A DNA stretch of 64,000 nt, taken from Pseudogymnoascus verrucosus. Its lineage: Eukaryota. The stretch lies in NCBI GenBank assembly GCA_001662655.1, contig KV460272.1; one strand, 5' to 3'. Position 1 is the first letter of the stretch, and every line of letters starts with the position of its first letter. Shown in pieces: positions 37,931-49,569 of this stretch. A model generated the notes under the pieces. It was not told the DNA's origin. It did no database searches and saw only the letters and a program-made list of their open reading frames with translations. The translations under genes were made by a program, and so were the position numbers.

Positions 37931-40900
37931 GATAAACGTTGTTGTAGGGAGGAGAGGTGAGGAGTGAGTCGAAGTTGTAGCCTGTAGCTCGAGGGTCAAG
38001 GCCCTGCCTTGAAAAGTAGTTGTAGCGAGCGTATCCTCCTCAGTCCCGTTCTATGTTCTCGTCGGCCGAAGTGATCGTCCACAAGCAGCAATGACAGCAG
38101 CGCAAGACTTCAATCGCATTCACATTCGCAGCAACAGCTTGCGAGCGGCGAGAGGTGTCAAGGTGTTGCAGGGGGATCCGTCAACGTCAGCAATCGCACG
38201 TATATCTCTCTTCCGCTCTGGACTGATTTTCCCTTGCTTCTCTGTGCAGCCCAGCCTGCCGGACATCTACAGAACATATATGCGTCTCCACAGTCACTCC
38301 AAAGATGCAAGCGGAATTGCACGGCCTTCGCACAGACCGCGGCTGGATAGGACAGAATTAACTGTGTGAGAGATATGTACGTACTATACTAAAGTGCTGC
38401 ACTATTCTGCGCTGGAGTATTCGTCCCCTCTGGACCGTGTACTAGGGCTGCAACAGCGCAATCAGGACCACCACCTTCTTACCTTCTTTCACGCAGGCCA
38501 GTCCCGCCTCGGTGCCGATCCGCGCCCAGGGTCGTGGGCCTTGTTAAAGAATGGATCAGGGGGTGTGGGGTGAGGGAGGGTGTGAGAAAAGGAACATAAC
38601 ATTGGTGCACCGTAAGAAGTTAACTCGAGAGCACCGCAACGTCGTACTGCAACTTGAAATATGGTAGTTCAGTGGGGCGGAAATATCGGAATGAGAAGAG
38701 AAAAGGATGTGGCGTTCTGGAAGGATGCGTTAAAAAAGCGCCGGTGGGGAAGCCAGTCTTCATCTGTACTGTGCTATACACTCTGAAGTAAGCCTGTTTC
38801 CGTCCATTTGTTTACCTCTTCTCGACCTACTTCAATCCCTTTCAGAGTCGACGTAGGCTACATTTTTTGCGTGGTTTTTATTTAGCCATGACATGGTACT
38901 GGACTGCGGCGTTATGAGTCTCAACTCGCACACCCCAGTCACCACCCATACACCCACGGCGTCATTGCTACGGTACTCTGAGCAAGCACCGCGAGCGCTG
39001 TACGTTTGTACTTTACTGCTTGTATGCTCGTAGGTAGTGTTTGTGGTTTCCCCACCACTTTCCCCACCACTACTTTCCACATCAACGCCAACGTATGCAC
39101 TTTAGACAGGGGCAGCCAACCCCCCCTAATTGGGTGACCCCCTCCGCTCCTGCGCACAGCCCTGGGTGATTGATCTCCGCATCGGCGCAGATTAAGTTTT
39201 GATCGCGGTCAGGTTGGGGAGGGAGTTGATCAATTGCTGCTTGAGGAGATGTGATGGGAGGGAAATGTGATAGATCGGCCGGGCGATCAACATTTTGGGG
39301 GCGGTGATCTTGGTGCCCGTTAACGTGTCGTTGGGACTCGCCTTTTTAGAGGGGATCTTCACGATGCGAAATAAAGCGTCGAGAGTATTTGGATTTTTTT
39401 TGTCTTAGGCGTGCTTAGGGAGAGAGATTGCAGGATAGAGAGTGGTGGAAAAAGGGGTAGCGTCCTACAATTTTCCTACAATAGCGCGAGAGCTGGCGGG
39501 AGTGGAATGGCATTGTTGAGGAGGGGCGATGAGAGCGTAGTGCCATAGCTTTGCACAGACGACTGCCCTCGAGCCGCACCGTGAAGCCGTGCCGCAGCGT
39601 CTCGATTGCTCCATCGCTTGCACACACCAAAGCTCAGTGCCCAGGCGCCGTCGCCGAAATTTTCGCCACCAGAAGAGAAGCCAACGAGACCGCGCCCCCA
39701 ATATTCTTCAGCGCCCAATTGCACAGCGTAGTATCTGCCCCGTATCTGGTCGTTTACTTCCTAAAAACCCCGTGCCGGAGAGTTAAGAGCACGGCCGTGT
39801 TGGCTCACTGAACATCCGAGCGTGCATCTGCTAAAAAACGCCTACCCCATGCTTGCTAGCACTCTGAGCTATATGATTGGCAGCGGGTAAAACAACGTCT
39901 CGCCGCCCCTTGTTAAGCCCTACCAAGGGGTTTTATCGTCCAATGATCGCATTAGTTCTCAGCCACTACCACGCTTCTTTTGCCCTTCCGGGCCAATAGT
40001 GCTTGTGTGAGTTGTCAGCCGGGGTGTCGTTTAGGAGAGTGGATAGGGGTGGAGATAGTAGTCGGTTAAGGGTGTTGGGGTATAGGCAGGGATATGCGGA
40101 TCCGCAATAGATGAGTGACAGGGACCAGATACGGTTAGATGGAACCAAATGTGCCCTGACAGTAGTCGTGCCAGTTAGCTTGCTTCCAACAATAGACGCA
40201 AAAAAAAGGATTGTGGTCCTAGGTGGACACAGCTGGTTCTTCAGCCAACGCCCAGCACGGCACACACCATCCAGGAAACCGGTTCCTGGCCACGCAACCA
40301 ACGATCGAGTGTCGAAGCGAGCCCCGTCTCGTCCACGATCTGATATTTCCGATAGAATGTGACACCACCAACGGCACTGGAGGATAGAGTACGAAGTAAG
40401 CATAACCCAACCCGCAGTCCGCCTCTATCTCCATCTCAACCGAACCCTTCTCAGTATCAACCACTACTCTCCCTCCATAAACTTCACGTATAGCCCACAT
40501 GAAAGTCCAAAATTCACCATCAACCCCTGGGATCACGGCGAGGCGCCACGCACGGCCATGCATCGTCACCATCCCAGCCCCAAAACTCTCCGAGGGAAGG
40601 CCGGGGTCTCTCCAGCCTGCCTCATCAGTACAGGGCCAAGACCTCGCTTGCGCACTTCGCTGCAGCGAGGAAACGTGCTAGCCTGGTGCGCAATCAACAC
40701 GCTACAATTGTGAATCGAACATGCCCACTAGAAACAAAAGTCAAGGCACGGGTGCACGACAAAAGGATGTGGGCAGACGGTCTTTCAGACCACGCCTGGA
40801 ACGTCAGGTGGAAGCGACGAGGTATGTGCGTACTTGCACCACGAACGATGGCGGAGGCAATTCATCCGTGGGAGTTTGATGATGCGCGCTGAGATTCATA

Positions 40901-42750
40901 TTTCTCCTATCCCCCTCCGGCCGCCATCGTCGTAGTTAAATGCCTCGTCTCATCCCACAGTGCTGTAACGCAACGAGAATTCCCACACAAAATTAGAGCT
41001 ATAATAACCTCGAGCGGCACACATAATACGACGCCGTGGAAATTACGACGTCGCATACGCCACTCTATTTCCTGCGTCCCAGACGCTCCTCACTCCAGCC
41101 CAAATCACCCGGCGCGGCTCATTTGGATGGGGTCCGCGGTAAAAGTCCGTTTCCACCACCACAACAATAACATCTCCTCCCCCATCTATCCTGTCCCGTC
41201 TCTGTCGGGAAAGCGGATAATCTGTCCGTGACAAGCGTGTGACATCTGTCGATGCCGGGCGGGGAAGAAAGCGGGTAATACCTCAGACGAACTCCTGTAA
41301 GTACACACATACCACAGTGTAAATGTACTATCTACTCCACACTTCGTGTTCGAATTGAGGGGGAGGGGTACACATTCATGCAACACACCCCGCCAATGTC
41401 TCAGTCTGAAGCCAAGGCTGTTAAAAAGGAATGAAATCCCCAGAAGAGAAACGATGGGAATTCACATGTTAAACGTTTCTTCCTTAAGTAAGGATGTACT
41501 TAATTTTGCTTTCGGCCGTTGTGACGCGGGGAAATGGAAGGAAGGCGGCTGGCAGGCACTTCCCTGTCTCCGCCGCTCCTCTCATCCATCTCATTTCGCT
41601 AAAACTCGCCGCGATTCACGTGATACGCTCGGTTCGCAAATGCTAAGTTGACTCCAAAGTAGTGTCCGGCCGGTCCGGAAGTGTCCGTATCCCACCCCTA
41701 AAGTCCGCGATTTCCGACGGACTTGCGATCTTCCCGTGGCAGGTTGTGGAGATGCTGAGTAAGCTGAAGGCTTAATGTCTCTTCATCGTTGCGTCGCTAT
41801 GTGTCTCCAAAACACACCATCAACAAAAATTTGTGATGTGGAATTTTGTTATGCGGTTTTGGAAGTTTGTTTTTATGTGTGTGGAGTATGGCGCTGGTGA
41901 TATCGGAATATGAAGAATTGGCAAGTGCGATTCGTCTAAAGTCGGCGCTTAGTGGACGTGCCGTTGCTGTCCATTAGGATATGAGATGGAAGGAAAGAAA
42001 TATCTCGCTTGATAGATGAGATGAGGTGAGCTGGAAGATATGGACGAGATAGATGATACAGAAGGGTCATCTGGCGTCTTTATGTTCGCTCTCCAGCTCC
42101 TCGTACGCTGATCGCTTCTCCATGATATCATCCATATATCCACCATCTTCTCTTTACCCATCTGCCGAGCCGTCTCTGTCTTACTTCCCCTCACCTTATA
42201 TTTGTCTTTCCTACCATTTTCTATCTGCCGTGCCGCCTCTCACTGTTTCCCTCTCTCGGCCATAATCTTCTATCGCCCTTTTACTAAGTCCTCGGACTGC
42301 TGCCATGGACCACGGCAAGCACAGCCTCCACCTCGTAGCGGCTACCCGTCTCGTCGCGTCCAAGATCAGCCTCAAGTAATCTTATCCAACCTACTTTGGG
42401 TATTCTATGCCTCGTGTATTGCTCATCACCCTGCTGTTTGGTTGCCGACTCGGGCGTAGATGGACAGCCCAGGTTGGTAGAGTATTTAGGCTGCCGAACG
42501 AGATTAGAACAGGTTTCGTAGGCGGTAGATAGAGAGGCAGTGAGCTAGATATGAGGCAGGGAGGTAGATAGACGAACAGATAGAGAACTTTGTCGACGAC
42601 TTTGAGCTCCATACTTGCCTCGACTGAAAGTAAAATCAAGTTCAATGCGAGCAGTAGTAACGCTGAAACTATACACGCATATTCAGTGACACCGCTACAA
42701 ATCTTCCAATACACGAACTTCGAGTTCCAATGAGTAAAAATTAAAATCCC

Positions 42751-42903
42751 CGCGGGGACCTCGTAAAACCCAGTAAGTAAAAAGATGTCGACTCCAAAAA
42801 ATTACAGGTCAAGTGTGGTAATGGTAAGGCAGTAAGGCAGCGCGGACTTTCCACCGTGGGGGCGGAGTTAGAGGAACGCTACAACCACTGCGCTACAGGC
42901 CCC
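42751..42903 (-). ncRNA. Candidate structured, tRNA-like/Pol III element (not a canonical tRNA)
   Basis: GGGGCCTG-TAGCGCAGTGG (A-box) with a D-arm-like GCGC/GCGT stem; the 5' end can pair with AGGTCCC; no T-loop or B-box. Confidence 0.25.
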
Positions 42904-43684
42904 AACGCTAAATTACGCAGACAGAAAAACCTCTAATACCAACTGAAAGAAAAATCCCATTAAATCTCCCATCCATCTATTCATCTAACTCCCCTCTCCC
43001 CAAAATAGAAAAATTAATATATCATCTGCGAGAGCCATGAGCTCACCACGTGGCCACCATCCTCCCCCTCGTCAGAGCGAACCGTGCCTTGCACATTCTT
43101 CGCTGTACCTCCTATTGACACTATCTTTTGGGGAAGATAGGATAGAGGTGGTGAGATATGACTGGGTAGGGTTGGGTACGAGATCGTATTTGGGATAAAG
43201 GGGAAGTGGGAAGAGGTGAAGAGGGCAGCCATTCGCTTGGCGCGCGTGGGATGGGATTAACATATTTTGGTTAAGGAGAGCAAACTAGTAATTTTGATGG
43301 ACAAGATGGCATGATAACGGGATGGGTTACTGAATATGGACTATGGCAGCGGCACGACCGGACCAGAATAGGATGAGAAGAGAGGAAATGGAAAAGGGGA
43401 CGGCGCGAGGCGCGGCCAAGTGCCTTGTTCTCTGTAGCTCTTTGACTCTTAACATTAGCGGTGAGGTTACTCGAAGTAACATTACTGTCAATAGTGCAAA
43501 CAAGAGCTTACCTAGTCCTGGATTCTTGGAATATAGCTCTATTCCATTGCTCGATATGCCGTGTTCTCTGAATGTGGCGTTTTCTGCAAGTTCGTTCCCA
43601 CATGAATGCATACGGCAGACACCCTAGACGCCCACGTTGTGCACACCTCCGGTGCGCCAAGGACAGGCTATTGATCCCAAGCTC

Positions 43685-43764
43685 TCGGGGTGGTCAGGGT
43701 AACTGCCTATGCCTGGCTGGATACGCATAGGCTGGATGATAATTATGGCTGAGCGGCGGACGGG
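43685..43764 (-). pseudogene. Possible degenerate 5S rRNA relic
   Basis: CCCGTCCG(CCG)CTCAGCCATAATTA and TAGGCAGTT...TGACCACC match two colinear blocks of filamentous-ascomycete 5S rRNA as I recall it; the 5S ends are absent. Confidence 0.25.
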
Positions 43765-46627
43765 CCTTAGATAGGCAGAAGCGTAGAGTATTCCCATACG
43801 CAGCCGCGACGAAGGGCGTTTTATCGCCGGCGCCGGGGTTTAGAGAAGAGATTGAAAGGGGAAGAGTATTGGGAGCACTAAGGATACAGTATGATTCTGC
43901 CTAAGAGGCAAAGCAGATTGTTAGAATGGCAAAGAGTGTTGTCCTTGCTCTGCCAACCGCGGAGATGCATCCCAGGCACAGCTCGTAGTTCCCCACAACA
44001 AGACTATGAGAGATTGCTACCGGGCACAGTTCGCCCGCCACGGACACACCTCGGTCCCCTCCTACCGGCGAGGCGCACGATTAGGGCTTCCACCATAGCA
44101 TCGGGACCAGCGACGCGTGGCCAAGGCCAACAGGAGCAGGGTTAACAAGTCTCCCTGTCGTAGTCATTTTAGCTCTAAGATGGGGTCCAATTTCATCGCC
44201 ATGGCTTCCCTTGCCAGTCAGTGGATCTTGATAACACAACAAACAGAAAGACGCTATTTTCTCACCTCACCGCGCAACCTCCACCCACAGCAACATGGTC
44301 GCGGACAGGTCGGAGAGTGAAGCTTCATGCGCGGAGATGCCGCCACCGTGAGCCCCGTCTAGGTCCAAACTGACTGGATCCTGTCGTGTCAATAGCGAAG
44401 CGCGGTATTATCCGGGGTAGGGTTCTGGAAAGTGGTGAGGAGTGGGGGGTAGTGCGGGAATAACTAATCCCGTGGCTAGACTTGCAACTGGCTGGGCTTG
44501 TAGGTGATTCGTTTCTGCCTCGCTTGCACTGGCGGGTTTAGCTGAGCGGGGGAGTAGGATGACAGTACCGCGAAGCACGGCACCGGCGTCGCCAATCAAC
44601 CTTCAAGAACTCAGCTCCAGCCGGTCCGCCGCTCGTATGTGGGGGTTGAGGCAGAAATCAAGCAGTAGCGGCAGAAAATACCCTAATAACCAAAGAGACC
44701 AGTAAACAGGCTAAGCAGCCGCGTTAAGCCTCTCATTCTCAGTAGAGTAACTCATTCATATCCAGACACACGTGCATACGCATCCCTAATTTTACTTTGA
44801 GGCATCCAACAAACCCCCAAACGATCGAGATTGCCCACTCTATCGGTGACCACATTTTCCCCGGTAGAAGCATGCGTGTGTGTGGGCGACCACGAGGTGC
44901 GCAGGGAAGCCATGATGCGGTGGCCACTGCCGGCCTCGTCGAGGGCAGCATTCTCGCAGGATGGCGGCTGGGGGGGCATGCAGTGGCGTTTCTTAGGCAG
45001 TCTAAATCCTGCTTCAAGAGAGTACAGTCAGACCAAAGCGGTGCAGTTTCGCGTGAATAATGCGCTGGCTCGGTTGTTTGGGAGAGGATGAACTGCGTGC
45101 CGCTGCATCCTAGCGTGCTGCGATATGCTAGGCCGGCTACGTGTGGTGGCTCGGAGATGTGTCGTATACTCGTCGTAACAGCTTTTGTATAATCTAGACT
45201 TGCATTAGCATACTGTAATATCGTGGGTGGTCCCTGTCAGGGCGGACAGGTCAGACAGGTACAAGGGTGCGGGGCCAATTAAGAGTGGTTCGACAGGTAC
45301 CACCATCCTAGTGGCCCCTCTTCCTGCCTGGCATCTTCCTAGCATCTTCCTAGCATCTTCCCTGCGCCTTCCCCCCCACGTTTTTTCCATCCAACCACGA
45401 TACCCAGATTTGATGACCATATGGCAGTGTGGAGGTCTCTTACGCTTCTATTCCTTCCTTTCCATCCTCTGTACCTCTGTACAGTACCTTTCTTCCTCAC
45501 AAACTATGCTTTATGCAGTAGTTTATGCCAGAACTATCGCCAAGCACATCGTTCCCTGCGCAAAATATGGCACAGCAGATGCAACACTGACATTCGCATT
45601 CAATGCTATAGAAATTCGTGACCGCGGCGTTGGAAACCCACGCCGCCGTTGGGCTTAATGCCGCCGCCGAAATAGAACCATGGCAGATGGTGATCGTCTG
45701 CAGCTCTGGAGCCGCAATTTGGGGTCCTAGGTGGCCGTGAAGGCTCCTCGTGTAACGCCAGTCAAGAGACGACTACCCTCACTAAGAGCCACAATGTTCC
45801 CTATAGCTTGTATTCTTTGTATAGCTAACATTGGAATATAGTAATAAATGCTGTATTACGGAATTATACTGCTCGCTCTCAGCTGCAACTCTGCCTATAT
45901 CCACGCTAACTTCGACTAAGCAGGGGTGGTCCTTTACCCCCGAATGCTGCTGCAACAATGAAATTGGCGATCTTTCCGACAACGAGACCGCTAAGAAACT
46001 CCGCAACCACTATCAACACCACTAACCCCCGATCAGGAGAACTCCTAAGGTATGACCCCGTCGAGCGCACGTCCAAACAAGCCAATTTAGTCTGTGAAAT
46101 ATGCAAGTTCTCAATAAACAAAAGAAAAGCCTGTCGGCGATGCTACAGTACCGAGTATCGTGGACGCCGTGAAGGGATCCTATACCTCGTTTCCTTCACT
46201 CTAGCCCAATCTCCGGTCCATGCATGCATGGTGCTGCTGCAGAGTGCTCGACCTCGTGGACCCCCCGTTCTTCAAAACCCACTCCAACTCATATCTCTCC
46301 ACTCCGACAACAGCAGGACTTAATCAAGCAAGGCTGTTCCTGGTCCTTGCGAACTTCCGGAAACCCGCCATTCACCCGAACTAAAGCCCTCCCCACTACC
46401 CCGGGAGCTTTGTCAATTGCTCCAAAAGATCAAGAGATTATCTCCAGGGCCCAGCTGCCACCTTGTTGACGTTTAAGTTCAAATAGGCGCCGCTTCCCCT
46501 CCGTTTAGCAGATCTCTTCCCAAGTGCATCTCATCACCCTTCTCTCGTTTCATATAAACAGAGGGACCAGCCGCGGATCACCTTCACCTCTCTTCTCTTC
46601 ACCCATCTATCCTCTTCACCCGACATC

Positions 46628-48002
46628 ATGCGCTTCGATCTCACCACATGCGCTGTGGTGCTTGCCGGCACTGCCTCTGCCACCACTGCCACCACACAGT
46701 CCAAATGGCGGCCCGACCCAACGTTCGGAACTGATGTTCTCGCCGGCATGGGCATGATCAATGTGGCCATCAACCAGCTCACGAGCGGCGTCGGCTTCGA
46801 CACCTCGAAGTGCTCTCTGCGCAACGCTGTTGTTCGCAGAGAATGGTATGTTGATCTCCCCACCCTCTCCCGCTGGAATGGTATAAGCGAGTTCGTGGCT
46901 GAGACAATTGCAGGTCGACAATGTCGAACTCGGAGAGAACGGCGTATAGCAATGCAGTGCTCTGCCTTGCCACCAAGCCCTCAAAGTCACCAGCAGGATT
47001 CGCGCCTGGTGCCAAGAACAGATATGATGACTTTGTCGCTCATCACGTCAATAACACCTTGAACATCCACGCCACTGTAAGTCACCTCATTGACGCCTCA
47101 CATTTTAATGCCAAGGGATTTACTCACCACCTTCAGGCCAACTTCCTCGCGTGGCACAGACTTTTCGTGTGGAACTACGAGCAAGCTCTTCGCAATGAGT
47201 GTGGCTACAAGGGATACCAACCAGTAAGCTCCCGCACCTGAATATTTCTATACACTTTCCTAACACTCCATAGTACTGGAACTGGGGCAAGTCTGCCTCC
47301 GACCCGGTTAACTCGGCCTACTTCGATGGCTCCGCCTACTCCATGGGCGGCAACGGAGTCTTCGCCGCTCACAACTGCACTGCTGCCCTTCCCAACGGAC
47401 TGAACTGCATCCCCCCCGGAGCTGGTGGCGGTTGCGTCACGACCGGTCCTTTCAAGGACTGGATTGTGAACATCTCCCCAACGGCCCCCACCTCGGACGC
47501 TGTCCAGGTCCCCGCCCCCAACTTCCTCGCGTACGAGCCCCGCTGCCTCTCCCGCGACGTCAGCCAATGGGTCTCCTCCCAGTGGCTCGGTGATGCCGGT
47601 ATCACCGACCTCATCTCCAACTACAAGACCATTGGCCCCTTCCAGGATTTCATGCAGGGTATCGTTGATGGCGTACCATTTAAGGACGGCTTCTTCGGTG
47701 TCCACGCCGGCGGTCACTACACCATCGGCGGTGACCCAGGTGGAGATTTCTTCGTCTCCCCCGGAGATCCCATGTTCTGGCTGCACCACGGACAGATCGA
47801 TCGCACCTGGTGGATCTGGCAAAACCAGGACTTGAAGACCCGCCAGAACGCTGTTGGCGGAAGCATCTACCTCTTCAACGACCCACCGTTGCCGCTTGGA
47901 ACTCTCAATGACTGGATGGATATGGGTGTTTGCGGAAAGAGTGCCACCATTGGCGATGTGATGAACACCCAGGGTGAGTTCATGTGCTACATCTACCTAT
48001 AG
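46628..48002 (+). CDS. Secreted tyrosinase / di-copper-centre oxidase, 4 exons
   Basis: Signal peptide; VRREW; CuA His in FVAHH, NIHAT and FLAWHR; PYWNW; CuB VHAGGH...SPGDPMFWLHH; introns at about 46846-46913, 47077-47136 and 47224-47273. Confidence 0.92.
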
Positions 48003-49569
48003 ATGCTCCTCGCTATGATGCGGACGTTTGGAGTTGGGGTTGAATGAAGGAGATGTGGAATCTAGAGTGCATGAGCATGAATGGATGAGTCGCGAAATGG
48101 GAGTTCGCCACGCTTCGAACGGAATTCTACGACAGGGGGGCTGGAGGGAGATATAAGAGGAGGATGGGAGCAGGAGAGCGATTGTTGTATATACGGAATA
48201 ACTTAACACGGGACCTCATTTTTCTTGTGTTGTTTGCTGTTAACTTAGCCTACATAAATCTTCGTAGCGCATATTTTTTTTGTTTAATGGGGGTGGACGG
48301 GATAATATTTACTTCTTTTCGGTCACACTTGACAGACTTCACCTTGTTGCTTGATTCCGTGACTACTACAGAACGGGCGGTTCGGCCGAGTCTACTGGTG
48401 TTGGCTGGATGGACTTCAAGGCGTTAGATATTGCATCAATTGACTGGTATAAGTTATATATACCAACAGCTTAATCATATATTTTACCAGCTACATCATC
48501 TATCAGCAACCTAAGCAAGGTGTGTGTAAACCTCGCCCTCCATAAACACACACCCCCTCCCCTCGCACCTCGCAAACCTCCCTCCCACCGGCCCGTCGCT
48601 CCCAGCCATGCAGATGGGAGATCAACACACCGAACTCTACCAACAACACCATCCCCTCCCGCCCGTGCCGGAGTTTCACTCCACCGAAACCCCCGTTCCC
48701 TGTCACCCCCCACCACTAAGTCAAACATTCCCCGGAGCAACTAGATTGACGTCTCGGTGTGGGTACGCTGTTTAGAGTGTTATATCTGAGTTCGTTATAT
48801 TCAAACGTTATATCTGGGGGAGTTATAGGACAGGCAGACGGCGTTGGGATGGTAAGGCCGACGGAGGCCTGGTTGTAGGTAGGGACGAACATGTGTGTGC
48901 TTTGGGGGGAGGCTCGTGCGGAGTATCACGTGCATAGGGTCTCTCTTTTTTACGTTTGTGTCCTTCGTAGCTTTTGGGTTGATTTACGGGGTGTAATGGT
49001 AACGGGATGGGATACAGGACGTTACTCGATATTGAGTGGTTTGGCGCCTTCAATTTACTGGTGGCAGTGGATAGAGAGAGAAAGAGAGGACAATTAGACA
49101 GCGGCAACCTCCCCTTGGTATTATTAAAGAGCCTATAGCTCAACACAACAGTATCCTCAAATTATAGACCCCAATATCTCCAAACGCGCCTGCCTACTTC
49201 CTCTCGCTGTACTCCCGCCTGCAACCTACCTTTTTTCCAGAAATATACTCGTACAGGATATACACCAAAAGCAAACCCTTTTCTTTTTGATATTCCCTTC
49301 CGTCAAAATATCCCCAAAAATAGCCACCACCCAAGAAGTAGAAAGGGGTACTGTACAGTCCAGCAAAATAACCTAGAAGCATCTCTCCGAATTGCCCATT
49401 TCCCACTGTGAATCTATACAACCGATATCCCCCACCTTGAAGTTCATCAAACCATCCCCACAGGTAGCGCCGTTTTCAACTCGCGCGCCTTAAAAACATA
49501 GAAAAAAAGAGAGAAGGGGCGGGACTAAGTTAAGCCCCTCTCAAACGTATTTAGCTACGAGGCGAACAT

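Noticed and set aside
45780..46030. Cys-containing short ORF with nearby branch-point-like motifs
   Set aside because: Could not assemble a consistent spliced gene with a start codon
46628..48002. Tyrosinase as part of a ustiloxin-type RiPP cluster
   Set aside because: No DUF3328/UstYa oxidase or Kex2-repeat precursor is visible nearby
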